A stretch of 64,000 nucleotides of DNA. It comes from Hyaloraphidium curvatum SAG 235-1. Lineage: Eukaryota; Fungi; Monoblepharomycota. Every line of letters starts with the position of its first letter. Position 1 is the first letter of the stretch. Where the stretch lies: contig JAIVFI010000004.1 in NCBI GenBank assembly GCA_025558095.1, positions 186,001 through 250,000 on the forward strand, written 5' to 3'. Shown here piece by piece: positions 59,294 through 64,000 of the stretch. Position numbers and translations under genes: made by a program. The notes beneath the pieces are model-generated. The model was not told the DNA's origin. It worked only from the letters and a program-made list of their open reading frames with translations, and ran no database searches.

Positions 59294-59804
59294 CTCGGCA
59301 GGCGCCCCCTCGAAACAGTCCGGGTCGCGGCGGCAGGCTAGGCAGAGATTCGCGCGGCTGCGAGCGCGTTGACTCGGCACAAAGTGCTAAAGGAGTGGCC
59401 CAAGTTTTCCAGTTGTTCAAGACGTGTCCGGCGTGGAGGTCCGCGAGTCCGGGTGGGCCACGGCGACCGTCAGGCGACGAGAGTGTGTCGGCCGGTTCCT
59501 GTCGCGCCCCAACAGCCTCCGCCAAATTCCAAAAGGCTCTAGTTTGACGCGTCCCAGAGCTGGCGGCAAGGTCGGCAGCGCCGTCCGGCGTTTGGTGGGG
59601 ACGCGCGCTTCGGTGGCCGCGCGTCCACGCACTCCGGCGGGCGGCGAGGACCGCGCTCCCCGGCTGCCCCGCTAGCAAAGCGGCGCTCGTCGAGCGAGCG
59701 TGCGGGACGGGGAGGGGCCCCTTTCACGAGGAATTCGGCGGCAGGAGGGAGGAGAGCCGAGTGCTCAGCCACCCGACAACACGACGATTCTCCTGTGCCC
59801 GACA

Positions 59805-61690
59805 ATGGCCGATTCCGCGCCGCTCAACGTGCGGCGGGAGCTCGCCGTGCGGCTGCGCGATGGGCGCCTGTTCTTGGCGCTGCAGCAGCTGGTCTTCTGG
59901 GTCGTCACCCTCAAGGCGCTCCAGCGATTCTACTACAACTGGCGGTACCGGACCCTCGGCGAGATTGTCTCCCTGTCCAAGGCAGCGGTCTTGAGGAACA
60001 TCTTCAAGTTCCTGCGCACCGTCAGCCCGCGCGTGCGCCGCACCGTGGCCGACCAGGTGGCCGCCAGCGTGCGCAACATCGAGAAGGGCCTGATCAAGAT
60101 CGCGCCGGGCGAGCGCGTCTACGATGCGCTGCCCGCCGAGGGCCTTTCGGTCGAGGAGGTCAAGGCCGAGATCCAGAGGTACAAGGGCAAGGATGACACG
60201 GAGTACCTCAAGGGCCGCGTGTCCGGTGCGGTCTACCACGCCTCGGAGGAGATCCTGGAAGTCGCCACGGCGGCCACGACCACCTTTGCGAGCGCAAACG
60301 TGAGTTTTGCGACTACTTTGGGAGTTCTGTCGCTCATGCCGGCGCCGGACAGCCCCTCCACCCCGACATCTTCCAGTCAACGCGTCAGATGGAGGCGGAG
60401 ATCATCGCCATGGTCCTCAAGATGTACAACGCCCCTCCCACCGCCGGCGGCGTCGTCACGTCGGGCGGCACCGAGTCTCTGCTAATGACCTGCAAGGCCC
60501 ACCGCGACTGGGCCTACAAGACCCGCGGCGTGACGGAGCCCGAGATCGTCGTGCCCAACACGATCCACGCGGCCTTTGACAAGGCCGCTTCGTACTTCAA
60601 GATCAAGCTGCGGAAGATTCCCGTGAACCCCGTGACCCTCCAGGCCGACATCGAGCGGATGGACAGGGCCGTGAACGCCAACACGATCATGGTCGCGTGC
60701 TCGGCGCCCAACTACCCGCACGGGATCGTGGACGACGTCGCGGCGCTCGGGAAGGTTGCACTCAAGCACGGCATTGGGTTTCACGTGGATTGCTGCCTCG
60801 GAGGCTTCATCATGCCCTTCATGCACGACGCCGGGTTCCCGATGGCGCCGTTTGATTTCCGGTAAGGCTGTCGCAAATGATCATGGTCTCGGATCACCAA
60901 ACCCAGGCTCCTCTAGTGTTCGTGGGGTGACGAGTATCTCGTGTGACAGCCACAAGTACGGCTTTGCGGTACGGTTTTGACTTGGAAAGTGTATGGACGG
61001 GCGAGTGACGTGTCACACTTCCAGGTCAAGGGCACCTCGATTCTCATGTTCGTCTCGAACGAGTACCGGCACCCCATGTACTCGATTGCCGCTGACTGGC
61101 CCGGCGGGATGTACGCGAGCCACGCCGTCGCGGGGTCGCGGATCGGGTCCGTCATTGCGGGTTGCTGGGCCGCAATGATCAAGATGGGGCACAAAGGCTA
61201 CGTGGGCACAACGAGGGAGATCGTGAGCGCTGCGAGGAAGCTGAAGGACTGGTTCGTCGCCCTTGCTGGTTTTTTTGCTATTACTGAAAGCTCACCCGCC
61301 CATCCTTACAGCATAAACTCCATCCCCGAGCTCGAGCTCATGGGCGACCCTTTCACGTCGGTGATCGCGTGGACCTCGAGCCGCGCCCATCCCTCGATCA
61401 ACATCTACGCCGTCGCGGACTGCCTCGGCAAGCGGGGCTGGCACGTCAACAGCCTGCAGAACCCCCCGGGGCTGCACGTCGCCGTCACGCTGCTCGGCGC
61501 CCAGGCGATCGACGACCTCGTTGCTGACCTGCGGGCGGCGGTGGAGGAGGTCAAGCGGGATCCGGAGGGGACCAAGGGGGCGAGCGTCGCCGTGTACGGG
61601 ACCTCGGCCAGCGTGGCCGGGACCGGGGTGATCGACGAGGTCCTGGAGGGCTATCTGGATGCGGTTGTGAGCCTCAAGAGGCCGGAATAG
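59805..61690 (+). CDS. DPL1: Sphingosine-1-phosphate lyase
   Basis: G.VSGAVYH, NPLHPD.F, TSGGTES, HAAFDKAA, HVD.CLGGF, PLP-Lys D.HKYGF, GSR.G, LQNPP. Confidence 0.95.
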
Positions 61691-61804
61691 ACAATTGCGT
61701 TAATTCTAGCGAACATGATGATCTGCAAGCGGATGGTCCAAAGCGATGCGAATGAATCAGCCGGCGTCTCAAAAAACAGAGGAGCTTCACGATTCACGAT
61801 TTCG

Positions 61805-63955
61805 ATGGACGATCTCCGGGGCCGCTACGGCCAGCGGGACCCCACCAATCTCGCCGATGCGGAGCCGGACGATGCCATCGTCTATACCGTCCACTTTCCC
61901 GGCCTCGAGGGGTCCCCCGAGGACCGGCTCTTGGACCTGCACGCCCGAGCTTCGCAGATGCTCGCCAACGCTGCCGTACTCGCCCGGGGCCACATATGGC
62001 AGAAGGACACCTTCCAGCTTGTCGTGGTCGGCGATGGTCCCGGAGGTGGGTCTTCGGTTTCTTCTTACTGCGTTTGTTGTGTCTCACCGTCCGTGTCGTG
62101 TGTTTCGGAACCAGGTCGAGCCCACTTGGCGGGCCGCACACGGGTTGGCGACTGCGTTGAGGACGAGTGGCTCATAGTCTGGCTTCTTTTTGAACTCTCG
62201 AAGCGTTTCGATGGCACCGTGGCGACGGTGCGGGACTACGACGGGGAGTTTCTGCTGATCGAGGCTGCAGCCGTCCTGCCGGCTTGGGTAGAGCCGGAGG
62301 CAGCAGAGAACAGGGTTTTGATTCATGCCGGCCGGCTGCACTTGATTCGGCCGCCGCGGGCGCCGAAGGAAGTGGGGAGGTACCCCTCTGGGAAGCTGGA
62401 GTTGCCGGCGGCCATCGGCCATGTTCTGGACGGCACCTTGGACACGCTGGCGCCCGCGGAGGTCGAAGCCGCGGTGCAACAGCGAATATCCGGGTATCCG
62501 GCTGCCGTTGCGGAGAACGTGCACCGGGCGAGGTGCTTCGTGCCCCGCAGGATCGCCGAGATTCTTGCCCGGAACCCGCAGCTCGTTGCCCCGGCCGTGG
62601 AGACCTTTTATACCCGGGATCCGATCAGCATGCGAGCTGCGTCTAAGCTGGAACGCTTTGATCCGGCGACCTCGGTTCCGGTGACCGTGCGCTTTTCGCG
62701 GATGACTTACGCGATGCTTGTCAGCCAGCAGTTCTACCCGCCAAAGAAGTTTCTCCCGCACATTCCTCCGCCCTCGAGCGGGGATCACCTGGCGTGGCAG
62801 GCGGGAGTTAAGCTTGCCTGCGGTTTCGAAATGCTTGCTTCTGAACCCCGTTGGCGACGGATCGAGGAGCAGAATCCCGGCTGGACCGTCGCAACACACG
62901 ACTTCGATGGGGATCCGCAGTGGCATTCGTACCGGCGGGCGTTGGAGGCTCGCTCTTTCTTTGCCTCGCCGGGTTCGGACCCGAGCCTCCTTGACGCTTT
63001 GGCGAAGGAGCAGTACGTCCTCCATGCTCTCTCTACACTTCATAGTCGTGCAAAGACGGCGGCGGATCCCGTAGAAGTGCTCCGCAATCCTGCTTCCGAG
63101 ATTGCGCGGCTCCTATCTCTTCCCGATCTCCCCGACGAAGCGCTGAACCGGGAGCCCGAGGATTCCGACGCTTGGATGTCCATCGACGAGGCCGAGCTCG
63201 AGGGACTCGTGGCGGCCAAATCGGTGCCCCTGACGGCCGAGGACATCAGCGCGACACAAGAAGACGACATTGTCGAGGGCGGGAGCAGCTCGGGGTCGGA
63301 TGCGGACGACGAGGACGAGGAAAGCGCGGAGCTCGAGAAACTGAGGAAGCTCGTCACTGGCATGAGCACTTTTCTGGAACGTGAAAGCGGGATCGACGGT
63401 GTCGTGTTCCCGGAACAGACTTCGGACCAGGAGGAGGACGACGGAGAAGGTGGCCTGGAACGCAGGTTTGAGGAACTCATGGACGAGGATTCGGACGACG
63501 ACGAGGAGGAAGCCGCACCGAGCAAGAGCGAAAGGCGGAAGAAAGACGGCCGGGGCGCGCCAAGCCTCGACGCCGATCGCTTTGTCAGCGAAGTCAAGCG
63601 TACCCTGGGCTTCCCCATGACGTCGAACCCGGCACGGCAACCGGACAGCGACGACGAATCGGACTTCGCGCCTGATGACGCCGTCGACGGGTCGGTCGAT
63701 GGCGAGATCGAAGGGTACATGGAAGCCATGGACCGCGAGCTGGCGTCAACCGCGCTGGCAAACGACTTTGAGCGCACCGGACCTGCGGAGGCGGACGCGA
63801 ACGGCGAGCTGCCGCCGGTCAACCTGGACTACAATCTGGTGAAGAACCTGCTGGAGTCGTTCCATGCCCAAGAGGGGCTTCCGGGGCCAGCAACAGGTCT
63901 TTTGGGCGGGCTTGGGGTCGGAAACTTTAAGCTGCCAAAGGAGGATGATTCTTGA
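61805..63955 (+). CDS. ECD: Ecdysoneless (SGT1/Ecd) family protein
   Basis: HIWQKD.F, GD.VEDEW.IVWLL, D.DGEFLLIEAA..LP.W, ENRV.I..G.LH, FY.RDP, G.KLACGFEML, YM.AMD.EL, NL..NLLES..AQ.G.PGPA. Probable in-frame intron ~62047-62112. Confidence 0.92.
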   Translation: MDDLRGRYGQRDPTNLADAEPDDAIVYTVHFPGLEGSPEDRLLDLHARASQMLANAAVLARGHIWQKDTFQLVVVGDGPGGGSSVSSYCVCCVSPSVSCVSEPGRAHLAGRTRVGDCVEDEWLIVWLLFELSKRFDGTVATVRDYDGEFLLIEAAAVLPAWVEPEAAENRVLIHAGRLHLIRPPRAPKEVGRYPSGKLELPAAIGHVLDGTLDTLAPAEVEAAVQQRISGYPAAVAENVHRARCFVPRRIAEILARNPQLVAPAVETFYTRDPISMRAASKLERFDPATSVPVTVRFSRMTYAMLVSQQFYPPKKFLPHIPPPSSGDHLAWQAGVKLACGFEMLASEPRWRRIEEQNPGWTVATHDFDGDPQWHSYRRALEARSFFASPGSDPSLLDALAKEQYVLHALSTLHSRAKTAADPVEVLRNPASEIARLLSLPDLPDEALNREPEDSDAWMSIDEAELEGLVAAKSVPLTAEDISATQEDDIVEGGSSSGSDADDEDEESAELEKLRKLVTGMSTFLERESGIDGVVFPEQTSDQEEDDGEGGLERRFEELMDEDSDDDEEEAAPSKSERRKKDGRGAPSLDADRFVSEVKRTLGFPMTSNPARQPDSDDESDFAPDDAVDGSVDGEIEGYMEAMDRELASTALANDFERTGPAEADANGELPPVNLDYNLVKNLLESFHAQEGLPGPATGLLGGLGVGNFKLPKEDDS

Positions 63956-64000
63956 CAGCAACACGTCTGATTCCAACGATACCAAGAACTAGCTTCGATA

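Overview
Gene-dense, GC-rich eukaryotic nuclear DNA with many short (~50-70 nt) GT-AG introns and a few GC-AG introns. Gene content and style suggest an early-diverging (zoosporic-lineage) fungus; this is an inference. About 32 protein-coding genes can be reconstructed. Most are housekeeping: proteasome beta2, septin Cdc3, peroxisomal Lon, PIG-B, PIG-Y, P5A ATPase, Has1, Ub-eS31, SMC2, S1P lyase and Ecd. An accessory-looking stretch at ~16.9-25.2 kb holds secreted proteins and bacterial-like enzymes. Highlights: (1) a 12-exon, ~1405-aa minus-strand gene (9970-14915) joining an N-terminal LIM domain, Pro-rich and acidic-Tyr regions, one TM helix, a Thr-rich stalk built from seven phase-0 microexons and a C-terminal PL14 polysaccharide-lyase-like domain, a candidate cytoskeleton-to-cell-wall linker or sensor; (2) an intronic H/ACA snoRNA in HAS1 whose 3' pocket matches the LSU rRNA site equivalent to yeast Psi1042; (3) an ankyrin/aldo-keto-reductase fusion lacking the catalytic Tyr, head-to-head with a DHHC palmitoyltransferase; (4) a SHLD2 (shieldin)-like triple-OB protein; (5) an AASDH-like A-T-PQQ enzyme and several HGT candidates. 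Family assignments come from motif recognition without database searches, and exon boundaries were read by eye.
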